Shown: positions 48,820 to 59,409, numbered from the stretch's first letter. The stretch is 64,000 nucleotides of DNA from an uncultured virus (IMG/VR IMGVR_UViG_3300017761_002881) (IMGVR_UViG_3300017761_002881); one strand, 5' to 3'. Made by a program: numbers and translations. Notes: generated by a model from the letters alone, not told the origin.

Positions 48820-51231
48820 TTAGCTATTTGTCGGTAAATAATTATCAAATGTTTTGCCAGGTAAGTGTATATTCATAAGAAGAATAGCTGAACTAGGCCA
48901 TTCTACTCCAAATTTACTAGCATTACCAATTTCGTCATGCACTTTTTGTCTGAAATATTGTACCGAATTGTACAATTTTTCCATAAATGTTTTAAATGTA
49001 GCCTCGATCTTAATACGGCATTGATTGCAATCATTTAGAGCTTGTTCACTAACAGCAGATAAATCATCTTCTAGAGCTATCATTCTATTATAAATATCTT
49101 GGAATGCCTCTAACGAATCGGCAGCAAATAATAAATCATCTATTTCTAATACAAAATCTTTAGCTAGTTGTAAATCTGTTCGTAACTCACTGATAAGTTT
49201 ATCTACACGTTCTGCTTCAGTATATAACGGGTCCATATCAAAGTAATCTTTGTTAGAGTCATCTTTCCAATAATTACCACTGCCTTTATTATAACTTATT
49301 ATAGCTGCACGAACCATACGTTTAACATATGCCGTGTTTCTCGTTAAAGAATTAACACGGTTAGAATTACTATCACCACGTCTAGGTAGCTGTGCATATC
49401 CGATATTACCTAATCGTTCATCAGTAGCAACACTATGTACTAATCCGGACCGATTAATACCAAAAATGTCATTTTCCTGATAAGGCTTGAAGTTTCGAGA
49501 TATTTGTACAGTACCTTCGAATAATCCTAATAAACTAATAGATGTCGCCTGTTCAACAAGGTTACCGTTATTTTGGCGTTTAACATAACGATATGGTTCG
49601 TCAGCTGTTAGAATTTTATATAAAGGAGTGTTTAAGTCATCTATCGATGGCTGAGCTGCCGGGCTACCTAACTTATTCCTATACAGTACTGTATAGCCAT
49701 CGGTTGGCTGACTATTAACTAGTGATGACAATGATAATGTACGAGCCGCTAAACGCGGCCATGATTCTTGTATATCAGCTTTTATCGACTCGATTTCAGC
49801 TTGTGCTGCAGCCTGTTGTTGTAGTACACGTAAACGTATAGGCGGATAATATGCAATACTACCTTCTGGCTCATACGGTTTTAAATATTCAATATTGAAT
49901 GGTTCTCCACTATTACTGTAATTATCTATGTAATTACGATATTCAAAAATATCTAAACGATCCGCTTCTACAATATGAGGAAAATCATTCCAGATCGGAC
50001 TATTGATACCGTCATTTTTTAATACTTCTATACCGCCAGCCTCTACTAACAAATTTAACCAACCATTTTCACTGTAACGTCCCTGTCCAATTTGATAGTT
50101 ACTTAAACTAAGATTGTTTAGTGCAGCATATGTACGAGCCACATCTTCGTCAGTGACTTGTTTCCAGAATCCGTTGATCATCATACGTAATCCAAAGATT
50201 AAATCGTCACCTTGTACATCTGTCGTGCCGCTATTTACTAGAGTGTCATTGTACGGTACTGGCCAGTCCAGGATAACCATTTTACCTTCGTATTTTACAC
50301 GTAGCTTTTCTCGGTATGTTTGTTTTTGAAATACTTGATCGAAATACAAATCCCTAGGATCTTCAGCTAAATATATGTCACTAGCCCCTGTACCTACATA
50401 ACCGCGTGGTTTTAAATAATCGCCTGGATCACGATAAAATGGAGCTTTTGGCCGATAGCCACTCTCAAAACGTACTTGATAATTCCAATCGTTACTACGA
50501 TCTAATACCTTACGAAACTCAAATTCTTCGATGGGGTTAGGCTTACCTAAAGTACGATCGCCCTCAAATGTGCCATCTAACACCATATCAAATTCTTGTA
50601 TTTGTTCCGGAGTAGCTTCTCGAATATCACTATATGTCTTGCCGCGTTCTACTAGCATTACTTCTAATGTTTGATAATTAGGTATAGGTAATGCTCTACC
50701 ATTTTCCACATAGTATACACAGAACGTAGACCGTACCACAGATTCTGGATCGGGAGGTACGGCACCTAAACGTGCAGTTATTGTCGTTGGGCCATATTGT
50801 AGATACGCATCATGCCAATCTACCGGATTCAATTCTATTTCAGAATTAATAAGAAATAAACCTGTCGGCGGTATCGGTCTAGGAAGATTTGTTTTAACAT
50901 AAAAATCCCAGCCATCGTCAATAAAATTGTCTAAGTCTGTATCGTTAATTGTCGGATATGATTTATCTAAAGTATATTCGGCATATGTTTTAGACCCAGA
51001 TGTCATTTGCAATACATTATAACTATCACGCATTGCTACCGTTACTTCCCTTTCATTAACCGGCTTTACATATGTACTAAGCTGTGTAATTTGTTTAGGA
51101 GTTAAATATCCTTGACTATACAAAGGATCGTTTGGAAACTCCTTCTGCATAATGTCTAATAGTGTAGTATTTAAATCTACACGTGACGTTTCTTTAGGAT
51201 TGTCCCTATCTATAAATCTATTACTAGCCAT
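48820..51231 (-). CDS. Hypothetical protein in the baseplate cluster
   Basis: 803-aa ORF, translationally coupled; no recognised motif. Confidence 0.6.
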   Translation of the reverse strand: MASNRFIDRDNPKETSRVDLNTTLLDIMQKEFPNDPLYSQGYLTPKQITQLSTYVKPVNEREVTVAMRDSYNVLQMTSGSKTYAEYTLDKSYPTINDTDLDNFIDDGWDFYVKTNLPRPIPPTGLFLINSEIELNPVDWHDAYLQYGPTTITARLGAVPPDPESVVRSTFCVYYVENGRALPIPNYQTLEVMLVERGKTYSDIREATPEQIQEFDMVLDGTFEGDRTLGKPNPIEEFEFRKVLDRSNDWNYQVRFESGYRPKAPFYRDPGDYLKPRGYVGTGASDIYLAEDPRDLYFDQVFQKQTYREKLRVKYEGKMVILDWPVPYNDTLVNSGTTDVQGDDLIFGLRMMINGFWKQVTDEDVARTYAALNNLSLSNYQIGQGRYSENGWLNLLVEAGGIEVLKNDGINSPIWNDFPHIVEADRLDIFEYRNYIDNYSNSGEPFNIEYLKPYEPEGSIAYYPPIRLRVLQQQAAAQAEIESIKADIQESWPRLAARTLSLSSLVNSQPTDGYTVLYRNKLGSPAAQPSIDDLNTPLYKILTADEPYRYVKRQNNGNLVEQATSISLLGLFEGTVQISRNFKPYQENDIFGINRSGLVHSVATDERLGNIGYAQLPRRGDSNSNRVNSLTRNTAYVKRMVRAAIISYNKGSGNYWKDDSNKDYFDMDPLYTEAERVDKLISELRTDLQLAKDFVLEIDDLLFAADSLEAFQDIYNRMIALEDDLSAVSEQALNDCNQCRIKIEATFKTFMEKLYNSVQYFRQKVHDEIGNASKFGVEWPSSAILLMNIHLPGKTFDNYLPTNS

Positions 51232-52376
51232 TATCTAACTACCTTAAAATAAAAACCTTCACTAAACACTTGCACATCATCACCCCCATCACGTTCAACT
51301 TTCAAAACTATTTTATAGTAACGTTCTGGTTGAAATGTGTTTAAACGTAATTTAAAGAAACTACCTTTATCATCACATGATATTTGAGTAGCATCTGTAT
51401 CGAACGGAATAATAGTTTCCATTGTAACCGCATCTTGTATACTGTAATAACTAGATGTTGGTAAACGAAAATCAATCAAATAGTTCGAACTAGTAGCATA
51501 TGTCTTTGTAGGAAACTCTGGCCGAGCTCCTATACGAAATATAGCACGTTCCGATTCTCGATATTCATTACGTATATTTTTTATATACGGTATAAAAATG
51601 TTATCGGAAATTTCATCTTTAGATCCGGTGCCGTTTAATACGGAATCATTCCAAGCTACTTCTAGTCTAGGTATGTAAATTGTATGAGTATCTAAACCGT
51701 AAAAATTTACGGTACCTAATACATCATATGAATTTTCATCTGTTTTAGATCTTTTAATTATAAAGCCATGATTAGGAATCGTACCGTCAACCCAACGTTT
51801 AACGATATTAGTGACATCCATACGAACATCAGGCTCTTCATATGTAAACGATTGACTAGCCTCATATCCAGATCCAGTAATCCATGTACCGCCACCTAAC
51901 GTAGTTGTATTAGAAAAATCATTTTTGCTATGTGCCGATCCAGTCTTCCAAAAAGTAGCTTGGTTAGCATTGTCACGATAATACCACGATGCCCCATTAG
52001 ATATGTCAGGTACATTATCAAATCTACCATTACCATTTGTCCATGATTCAGAAACAGGAAATGCATAAATAGTATAATTTATAGGTAAATCTGTAGCTTG
52101 TGCAGCACGTATATTTAAGTAAACAGATGCAGAATTTTGAGACTTAAGGCCTATCGGCGGAATATCTCCAGCAACGATAGCATTACGAATTGCTGTTATT
52201 TGAGATCCAAAATCTAATAGAAATCTAGAGTTGTAATTAGCGCCTTGAATTTGACGTTCAAACAATGATCCTGATGCATGTTTAATTAAATCTAAAATAG
52301 GATCTATACCCGTGTTCTTCGCCGGATATCGTTCGTATAATGTAGTATCTCGTTCTGGATAATATAAGTGGTACAT
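51231..52376 (-). CDS. Baseplate-associated structural protein
   Basis: DTTLYE, SRFLLDF, MDVTNIVKRW, NHGFIIK, YIPRLEV pattern (DNRLRE-like beta domain, tentative). Confidence 0.55.
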   Translation of the reverse strand: MYHLYYPERDTTLYERYPAKNTGIDPILDLIKHASGSLFERQIQGANYNSRFLLDFGSQITAIRNAIVAGDIPPIGLKSQNSASVYLNIRAAQATDLPINYTIYAFPVSESWTNGNGRFDNVPDISNGASWYYRDNANQATFWKTGSAHSKNDFSNTTTLGGGTWITGSGYEASQSFTYEEPDVRMDVTNIVKRWVDGTIPNHGFIIKRSKTDENSYDVLGTVNFYGLDTHTIYIPRLEVAWNDSVLNGTGSKDEISDNIFIPYIKNIRNEYRESERAIFRIGARPEFPTKTYATSSNYLIDFRLPTSSYYSIQDAVTMETIIPFDTDATQISCDDKGSFFKLRLNTFQPERYYKIVLKVERDGGDDVQVFSEGFYFKVVR

Positions 52377-52386
52377 GCGTTACTCT

Positions 52387-54273
52387 TTACGGTTTTACTG
52401 TTCGGACTTTAATGTCTGCGTTAGGATATTTTATTTCGAATATACAAGGATCTAGGCTAGGATATATGATACCGTTTTTAGTAGCTCCTACCATATCATA
52501 CACGTTACCTGAATATCCTAAGTTCTTATCAAACAAGTTTTTCATCTCAAATTTAGCTACAGACTGCACACCTGGTAATCTATCTAATTCACTTGTAATG
52601 TTAGAAATATTAATTAATCCATTAATCTGCAAACGATCTGGATCGAACATTTGCTTAAGCTTATTGATACAAGTTAAAATAACTTCATTAGCATTATAAC
52701 TAGGTACAGGTACAATATCTACTTCTATTCCTACATTAACTATATATGCAGTTTTTATATTAATAGCATCTGTTAGCATACGATAATTAGACAGATATGT
52801 ACGTAGATTTTCTTGTGTAGCTGGATTAAGGGTTGTAAAGTTGCGATTAGCATCGTATGACAATACGTATAAATTTAATGCTAATGGATTAGCAATAGTA
52901 TCTCTAGGATAGTCTCGATCACTTGTATCTAATTGAAAATCACTTACAATATAAGCCTTTGCAACAGAACCGAATCGTCCCGGCATAGCATAACATCTAG
53001 TTATATAATCTTCGCGCGTGATAGCTCTATTTTGAGCTGCAAAGCTTGCCATAGCATTTTGTCGTATACTTTCAAGTGATTCTTTACTTTTACCGCCTGT
53101 AGCAGAAATAGGATTGTTAACGGCGACAGAATCTTTAGTACTAGTTAAATTTAATCCATATAATTCAGTAGCTGTATTGTAGGTTATAGAATCTATTTTA
53201 GTAAGTGTATTAGACGCAACATTATCATTGACAGATCCACCGACACTATAAGTAACGGTTAATACAATGTTATTAGGAGCTAATCCATATGTACTAGTAT
53301 ACAAAAAGTTACTGGGATCTAAATTTGAATTAGTAGTACGCGATAAATACTCTAAACCTAATCCGACATTTTTAGGATTAGGTATTAATTCTTCATCTGC
53401 ATCCGAACTAACTCCAGATCCAAATTGCAATTCTATACGATTATCTTCACGTACACGTGTTACAAATCTACGAGCCGATCTACGTAATTTTAATAAATAA
53501 GGAGTTGAACTTCTGTAAATGTAAAGTTCTGCATCATTATAAGGAATATTAGCTACATCATCAAATACTGTATCCTGAGCTAAATAATCAACTTCGTACC
53601 ATGTGTTTCCATCATCGTCAGTAACACTAATTATATCTAATACGTTAGCTTCAGGTAATACTATTTTATCGTACGGCTTAGGATCTCCAAAAGTAAATGT
53701 AGAAGTTTTAACTTCCCCAGATACAGCTTGTACAGATTTTTTTAAAAGATAGTATTGTACATTGCCTGAACCGTCAATTTCATATACAGATATATCCGTA
53801 GGACTCAGTGAACTACTAAATGTAAAATCAACATCTTGTATTGTACGAAATTTTATCGGTGCTGTGGCAGAATCTGTAGCTACCTGCATGCCTTGTCTAA
53901 TATTCAGACTGTAACGGAAATCAGGGCGTGCGTTAACACCAGTACCTATTGCCGGTATCAATTGATATACATCTAAATCTACAATAGCAGGAGTATTAAG
54001 TTTAGGTTTATATCCGAACAACTGCGACAACATTAAAACATTACTTTCTTCTAATGCGCTAGATAAAACTGATTCGCGAAAACTTTGATCTGCATAGAAT
54101 GATAAAACATCGCCTACATATGATGCCATTTCTATAAACATCATGCCAGGCGATGATTCATTGAAATCATTGTAAGTATTAGGATAATACTGTTTAGCAA
54201 ACGTGATTAAGTTTTGCCTAAACTGAGCAAAATCTTTATTTAAATACTTTACATCCTTTTTAACTAAATCCAT
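52387..54273 (-). CDS. Baseplate wedge protein (T4 gp6 / baseplate J-like)
   Basis: DFAQFRQNL, YVGDVLSFYAD, GYKP, GGKSKESLESIRQNA, QNRAITREDY. Confidence 0.9.
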   Translation of the reverse strand: MDLVKKDVKYLNKDFAQFRQNLITFAKQYYPNTYNDFNESSPGMMFIEMASYVGDVLSFYADQSFRESVLSSALEESNVLMLSQLFGYKPKLNTPAIVDLDVYQLIPAIGTGVNARPDFRYSLNIRQGMQVATDSATAPIKFRTIQDVDFTFSSSLSPTDISVYEIDGSGNVQYYLLKKSVQAVSGEVKTSTFTFGDPKPYDKIVLPEANVLDIISVTDDDGNTWYEVDYLAQDTVFDDVANIPYNDAELYIYRSSTPYLLKLRRSARRFVTRVREDNRIELQFGSGVSSDADEELIPNPKNVGLGLEYLSRTTNSNLDPSNFLYTSTYGLAPNNIVLTVTYSVGGSVNDNVASNTLTKIDSITYNTATELYGLNLTSTKDSVAVNNPISATGGKSKESLESIRQNAMASFAAQNRAITREDYITRCYAMPGRFGSVAKAYIVSDFQLDTSDRDYPRDTIANPLALNLYVLSYDANRNFTTLNPATQENLRTYLSNYRMLTDAINIKTAYIVNVGIEVDIVPVPSYNANEVILTCINKLKQMFDPDRLQINGLINISNITSELDRLPGVQSVAKFEMKNLFDKNLGYSGNVYDMVGATKNGIIYPSLDPCIFEIKYPNADIKVRTVKP

Positions 54274-54848
54274 TAAACTCTCCTAGATGCAAACACTCCA
54301 ACAGCCGTTAATTGACGATTAGCGTCAACTTGTGGAGTGGCTTGTGATACTATTATTGTATTTTCTTGAGCTAATACATTTATTACTAAATTAGCTCCTA
54401 CGTTTGTAACTCGGAATACAATACGTATATTCAAAGCATTTTCGTTACGTGACTCACGAAATACATTGACATTAATCAATGTTATATACGGTAACCAGAA
54501 ATTAATATCTTCTTCTAAACTAGACTGCAAATTATCAGCTAATACTTCAGTATTTTGTTCAAATATACTATTATATATATCAGTGCCAAAATTTGGTTGC
54601 ATATATCGTTCACCCTTACGAGTAAGTAGTAAATTTGTAAGATTACTAATAGCTTGATCTTCGGTAGTATAAGATAAAGAAAATACTCCTTTACCTCCCG
54701 TTGTTTGAAATGAACCACTTAATACATTACCGACTATAGCAGTACGATCATTTTTGCTAATAGCCGATTGATTAAATGGTAATTTTATACCAACAGCTGT
54801 TGAACTAGGATCGATAAACGGTTTGTATTGATAAATGGTCCTTACCAT
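54273..54848 (-). CDS. Baseplate wedge / sheath initiator (gp25-like)
   Basis: NLLLTRKGERYMQPNFGT...IFEQ...WLPYI. Confidence 0.9.
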   Translation of the reverse strand: MVRTIYQYKPFIDPSSTAVGIKLPFNQSAISKNDRTAIVGNVLSGSFQTTGGKGVFSLSYTTEDQAISNLTNLLLTRKGERYMQPNFGTDIYNSIFEQNTEVLADNLQSSLEEDINFWLPYITLINVNVFRESRNENALNIRIVFRVTNVGANLVINVLAQENTIIVSQATPQVDANRQLTAVGVFASRRV

Positions 54849-55291
54849 TAACGTCCTTTCTTCTTATCGATAGCTTTCATTAATGCTGAATAATCTTTAG
54901 TCATAGCATTAACTACTGTAGCTACTTGTTCGTTATTAACGTCTACAGGACGGCCGTCTAAATCATGTGCTGGAGCTACCGCTGTCGGCTGGTTACGCAT
55001 AACACCGAAGGCTTGAGCCATATCCGAAGTAAATGATAAAGTACTACTTTCGGATAAATTTAATGGGCGTGATGCCGTATCATTTAACAAATCGTTAAGT
55101 AACGGATCTTTTACAAAAGATTTAGGCTTCTGTGATTGTTTCTTAGAATGCATTACTGTTTCTGTAACCGGAGGAGAATATGTTTGTTTTGTCTGTTCTG
55201 TTAACAAACTACGTAATTCAGTACGTACAGCTGTCTGCACTTCTTCACGAATAATAGTACGTAATGCCTTTATAAAAGACTTGGTATCCAT
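54848..55291 (-). CDS. Hypothetical protein with an IIREEV...LLTE leader
   Basis: Leader resembles those of the internal-protein candidates; C-terminal TKDYSALMKA. Confidence 0.6.
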   Translation of the reverse strand: MDTKSFIKALRTIIREEVQTAVRTELRSLLTEQTKQTYSPPVTETVMHSKKQSQKPKSFVKDPLLNDLLNDTASRPLNLSESSTLSFTSDMAQAFGVMRNQPTAVAPAHDLDGRPVDVNNEQVATVVNAMTKDYSALMKAIDKKKGR

Positions 55292-55314
55292 AATATCCTT
55301 TTAAATAAATATGT

Positions 55315-55596
55315 TTATGATAAAGTTCCGGGCGATGTAGTCGTACCTGTCCCTGGTGCCGCTGTTGCCCCGGTTACTGGCCCAGCTGCACTAGCCCCAA
55401 GTATAACAACACCTGGTGGAGTTATTACAACTTGGCCTGGATTGACCTGTGCCTGTAATGCATATAAGTGTATTGCGCGAGCTAAATCTTTTGCTAGCGT
55501 TTGTGTAGCAGATTGAGGATCTTTCGATAACTGGGCTTTTTTTAAAGCTGCAAATATTTGAGCTTCTAATCCAGGCTGTGCTGATGATAATGGCAT
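55315..55596 (-). CDS. Small protein downstream of the spike gene (possible spike tip)
   Basis: A/G/T/P-rich 93 aa following the gp5-like gene; role inferred from context only. Confidence 0.45.
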   Translation of the reverse strand: MPLSSAQPGLEAQIFAALKKAQLSKDPQSATQTLAKDLARAIHLYALQAQVNPGQVVITPPGVVILGASAAGPVTGATAAPGTGTTTSPGTLS

Positions 55597-55605
55597 ATCA
55601 ATCCT

Positions 55606-56625
55606 TTATTGTTTCATTGTTTTTAATTCTGTTACCAATTGTTGTACTTGTGCTAAATTAGTAGCTGTTAAAGTTGGGCCACCCATCGGAGTTTGAAATT
55701 GAGCTTTACCTGAAGTTAAATCTGCTAACTGCTGTAAAGTCTTTTCTAAAATAGTAAACAACTTATCCATATCCATTTGCCATTTTGGAGTAACTACATT
55801 AACGGTTTTTTTACCGCATAAAATTATTTCATCTAATTTAGAATTAAAGATTAAACGATCGGAAGAAATAATAGCTTGAGCTTTATTGTAATTAGCTACA
55901 GGCGTTACGCCAACACCTATTTGTTTTTGTGAAGGAGTAAATTTTAATTTTTGATCAGCACTAAGAACAAAAATACTTTTTGTAGTTTCCGGATCTTCGA
56001 TTATATATTTGTTAGGGCCTCCCTGACCTTTATGTCCATTACTTATAATAGTTATAGGAGATCCTTTAGCGGTATTGTTAGACCACCATGACTTTTCTGC
56101 GTATTGTGATAAATTTCCAGTAACAGTTGAACCTAATCGAATCGATTGCCCAAATCTACCATGAAATAATATATCACCTTCATACGGCTGTATATTTTTT
56201 ACTTGAGTATTTTCCTCGAACGTTTCTCCAGGTTTATAATCATTGACTTCTACATTCTTAGGTGCAGCTGTCGACGTATAACGTCCACCTCCGCCGCCCG
56301 CAGGCACTGTATATAAATCTAATAAAGGATTAAGATTTACATTACCGTGCGTATTAACTGGCATCAAATAAAACCAAGCATTTTCTAAATCAGCGCCATT
56401 ACCATAATCACTTAAAGATCTAAAACATAAAACTAATTCACCTAGCAATGGTATTGTTAAAGTATTAACGGCAGGATATGCATAAAATTCTTCCGTAGTT
56501 TGATTTCGGGATATTCCACGTAACTTTATAGTACCTAACGGGAAATCTCCGCGGTCGGGTTGAGTTTTATGCTTTGTAGTTTTATATGCCGTGGATGTAT
56601 CGACAACCTGAGCAATCGTTATCAT
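55606..56625 (-). CDS. Baseplate hub / central spike (gp5/VgrG-like, no lysozyme domain seen)
   Basis: N-terminal OB-like GTIK..AYP..IPLLGELV; EGDILFHGRFGQSIRLG; beta-repeat C-terminus. Confidence 0.65.
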   Translation of the reverse strand: MITIAQVVDTSTAYKTTKHKTQPDRGDFPLGTIKLRGISRNQTTEEFYAYPAVNTLTIPLLGELVLCFRSLSDYGNGADLENAWFYLMPVNTHGNVNLNPLLDLYTVPAGGGGGRYTSTAAPKNVEVNDYKPGETFEENTQVKNIQPYEGDILFHGRFGQSIRLGSTVTGNLSQYAEKSWWSNNTAKGSPITIISNGHKGQGGPNKYIIEDPETTKSIFVLSADQKLKFTPSQKQIGVGVTPVANYNKAQAIISSDRLIFNSKLDEIILCGKKTVNVVTPKWQMDMDKLFTILEKTLQQLADLTSGKAQFQTPMGGPTLTATNLAQVQQLVTELKTMKQ

Positions 56626-56987
56626 TCAGACTCCGATTTACGTTGTATAGCTTTTATTTCAGCTTCAGCTTCTTGCAATAAACGAGTACGTTCCTCGTCG
56701 GAAAGCATAAACTCGCTACCGCCTTCTTCACGACTACCGACCGATAATAAACGTTGTACTACCGCAGCTAATTTAACTAACGCATCATCATTTTTTACTG
56801 ATACTTCTAAATACTCTTTGATCATTGGGACTATTACTGCAGCGTCGCCAACGTTCTTAACTAACGGTTGTAGTTCTTGAATTAGACCATCGATCTGTCT
56901 AGATTTTTTCTTTGAATTATGGTAAATATCTTTCATTAGATCTGAAAGTGTAGTACCTTTGAACAATTCAAAATCTGTAGATGCCAT
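56622..56987 (-). CDS. Helical hypothetical protein
   Basis: 121 aa; late motif and AAAGGT upstream. Confidence 0.65.
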   Translation of the reverse strand: MASTDFELFKGTTLSDLMKDIYHNSKKKSRQIDGLIQELQPLVKNVGDAAVIVPMIKEYLEVSVKNDDALVKLAAVVQRLLSVGSREEGGSEFMLSDEERTRLLQEAEAEIKAIQRKSESE

Positions 56988-57001
56988 TGATAACCTTTTA
57001 T

Positions 57002-57009
57002 ATAAATAT
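57002..57009 (-). promoter_or_regulatory. Putative late promoter motif ATATTTAT (start of the baseplate block)
   Basis: Directly after the sigma-factor gene. Confidence 0.6.
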
Positions 57010-57014
57010 AAATG

Positions 57015-57755
57015 TTACCGAATTAGTCCTGATTTCTGATAGTTAGTGAACATTTTCTCGAAATCATTACGCATTACGTTAAGAACACGCGTAATATTTT
57101 GGGTTTTAAGACCTGTACGTTCACGTATTAAGATATAGATAGACTTCTTGTTAAAGTTTTCAATGCTATCACGAATACGAAATATTTCTAGAATAGTATC
57201 GGCTATCAACACATCACGTTTGTTAGTAAATACATTGTCCATATTTTCATCATACCAACTTACCCATAGATCTGTAAAATCTTTTAAGGACTCTTGATAA
57301 GAAGATATAGACATTTCTAACGATAAATTACGATCATCGTCTATAACCGTAGTTTCTACTCGACGCTTCAATTTAGCGTAATTTGCATTGTTTTGAATAA
57401 TGAGATAGTTCTTAACGATACGTCCAAAGTAACTAAAGGCTTTACCTTTACCTTCCGTATACTTCCCAATTTTCTCGTTTAAGAATGCAACTACTTCACA
57501 TTTAACATCTTCATACGGCACGTCAAAATAACTAAACTTAAACGTATGATAAATATTTTCTACTAACTTATTAAATGCATAGTCAATATGCTCACGATAA
57601 ATTTTATTACGTAATGCATAATCAGTTTCTTTATTATAAGCTATAATTGCTTTTTCAGTTGTAAGAGTAAAGTACATGTTAGTAGCTTTACGTCCACGTT
57701 TTGTTACGGTATCCTGTACATCTAAGTCAGCATAAAATTGTTCTACTGGCGACAT
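57015..57755 (-). CDS. Phage sigma factor (T4 gp55-like late sigma)
   Basis: YFT...AI..YN, KLVENI, KAFSYFGRIVKNYLI resembling sigma region 2 of gp55-like proteins. Confidence 0.7.
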   Translation of the reverse strand: MSPVEQFYADLDVQDTVTKRGRKATNMYFTLTTEKAIIAYNKETDYALRNKIYREHIDYAFNKLVENIYHTFKFSYFDVPYEDVKCEVVAFLNEKIGKYTEGKGKAFSYFGRIVKNYLIIQNNANYAKLKRRVETTVIDDDRNLSLEMSISSYQESLKDFTDLWVSWYDENMDNVFTNKRDVLIADTILEIFRIRDSIENFNKKSIYILIRERTGLKTQNITRVLNVMRNDFEKMFTNYQKSGLIR

Positions 57756-58043
57756 TTAAAACCTTTCATTCAAGTCATTTACAATATCTTTAAGTTCTTT
57801 AAAGATTACCCCCGTCTCATCATCAGCTTCAAATGAGCCTAAACGATCTATTTGTTTTAATCTAGAATTAGATTCATTTACACGACGTTTTAAGTCTTCA
57901 TAAAATGAATCATACTCTGTTATATTTTTAACTAGTTCATCGATATTATCTTCTAACGTTTCCATTTTTTTAAGTAAGTTTCTTACTATATAAATGGCTA
58001 CCGATAATACGACTACTAATAACGATATTAACGTTATTATCAT
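57756..58043 (-). CDS. Membrane-anchored coiled-coil protein
   Basis: N-terminal TM, coiled coil, GSFEADDETG. Confidence 0.65.
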   Translation of the reverse strand: MIITLISLLVVVLSVAIYIVRNLLKKMETLEDNIDELVKNITEYDSFYEDLKRRVNESNSRLKQIDRLGSFEADDETGVIFKELKDIVNDLNERF

Positions 58044-58045
58044 AA

Positions 58046-58789
58046 TTATTCTCCAAAAATCTTAGAAATATCAAACGCTGCAGTATTAGCTAACGTTGAT
58101 TTTCTAGTGTTAGTACTAGGTATAGTTGTTTTTGCTGACGGACGTTTATCGCGCCACATTTCATATTCAATTCGAGCTGCCATATGATCTGCGTGATGCA
58201 AAATCAATGGCAAATTGGTACGCAATTTTGAATCGGCGCTACGTGATACAAAATAAGCTTTATTTGCATCATCATACATTCCATCATGAATTCGTATGCC
58301 TTGCGCTTCATTCCAAGAAGTTTTAATTCCAAAATTTTGCAATGTCCATAAACTAAGATCTGGTACCATAGTAAATGGAATATTGGAATTATGCTTGTAC
58401 ATTTTACCTTGATTCTTACGATGCCATTCTGAATCATTTACAATGTATACTTCTTCGCCCTCGCCTGGAAATCCTGCTTTACCTAAGTCATGGTGCATAG
58501 CAGCAAACATTAATTCTTCATATGAAAAGTTATTAACATCTGCACCCATTTCTTTCCAAGACTCATATAATTTGGTAGTACAATCCATAACACGTAACAC
58601 GTGATCAATATACCCACCTTCAAATGCATTATGGAAGTGATCTGTTCCGCTTGCTGGCATCATCATCATTCGTTCTTCCAAATGATCATACATAGCATTT
58701 ATTTCTTTTGCTCGGGTAGGAAATAGTTCGTTAATTCTTTTACGAAACTCAATCCAATTTTGTTGTATTTGTTCTGCTGTTAAACTCAT
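58046..58789 (-). CDS. HD-domain phosphohydrolase
   Basis: HNAFEGGYIDHVLRV, HHDLGK, IHDG, LHHAD. Confidence 0.88.
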   Translation of the reverse strand: MSLTAEQIQQNWIEFRKRINELFPTRAKEINAMYDHLEERMMMMPASGTDHFHNAFEGGYIDHVLRVMDCTTKLYESWKEMGADVNNFSYEELMFAAMHHDLGKAGFPGEGEEVYIVNDSEWHRKNQGKMYKHNSNIPFTMVPDLSLWTLQNFGIKTSWNEAQGIRIHDGMYDDANKAYFVSRSADSKLRTNLPLILHHADHMAARIEYEMWRDKRPSAKTTIPSTNTRKSTLANTAAFDISKIFGE

Positions 58790-58794
58790 AGTAT

Positions 58795-59409
58795 TTAAAT
58801 TATTTCGTCAATTATTCCATATTGTTTTAGTTGTTCAGCTGACAAAAACAAATCTGTTTTCTGTTGCTGTTTCCACCAATCTGCATTCTTATTAGATTTA
58901 GAAGCTAATAAATTACATACATCATTTTCCAATGAATTAAGATTATTGATATATGCAGACATATCACTTATTTTAATGCCATCCATAAAACTAATCGATT
59001 CATGGAACATAACACATGATCGTTTACTAGCCATACGTACACCAGTACCACATGCTAAAATTACAGCGGCAGCGCTAAAAGCTCTTCCACGGCAAATAGT
59101 ATTAATAGGTACTGATAATGACTCAATATAATCAATAATACCTAACATTTCATATACATCTCCACCATTAGAATTAATGATAAGATTGATAGGTTCATTA
59201 CGTGTATCACTAGTACGATTATTAAGTATAGCCCGTACTCGTATCATTAGATCTACTAAAGTATTTTCTCCGATATCATCATTGAGATAAATAACCGAAT
59301 CACGTAAATCTAACTGAGTAGCCAACTGTTGTGATACAGTTTCGTACGGAGATTCTAACTCCTCATCTATTTGTTTACGTTTACTGGATTTTTCTTCGTA
59401 TATACTCAT
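58795..59409 (-). CDS. clpP: ClpP-like serine protease
   Basis: INSNGGDV, AFSAAAVILACG (Ser), MFHE (His), DLFLSAEQ..YGIIDEI (Asp). Confidence 0.88.
   Translation of the reverse strand: MSIYEEKSSKRKQIDEELESPYETVSQQLATQLDLRDSVIYLNDDIGENTLVDLMIRVRAILNNRTSDTRNEPINLIINSNGGDVYEMLGIIDYIESLSVPINTICRGRAFSAAAVILACGTGVRMASKRSCVMFHESISFMDGIKISDMSAYINNLNSLENDVCNLLASKSNKNADWWKQQQKTDLFLSAEQLKQYGIIDEII

Noticed and set aside
56622..56987. Small terminase assignment
   Set aside because: Size and helicity fit, but there is no recognisable motif and it is not adjacent to terL.
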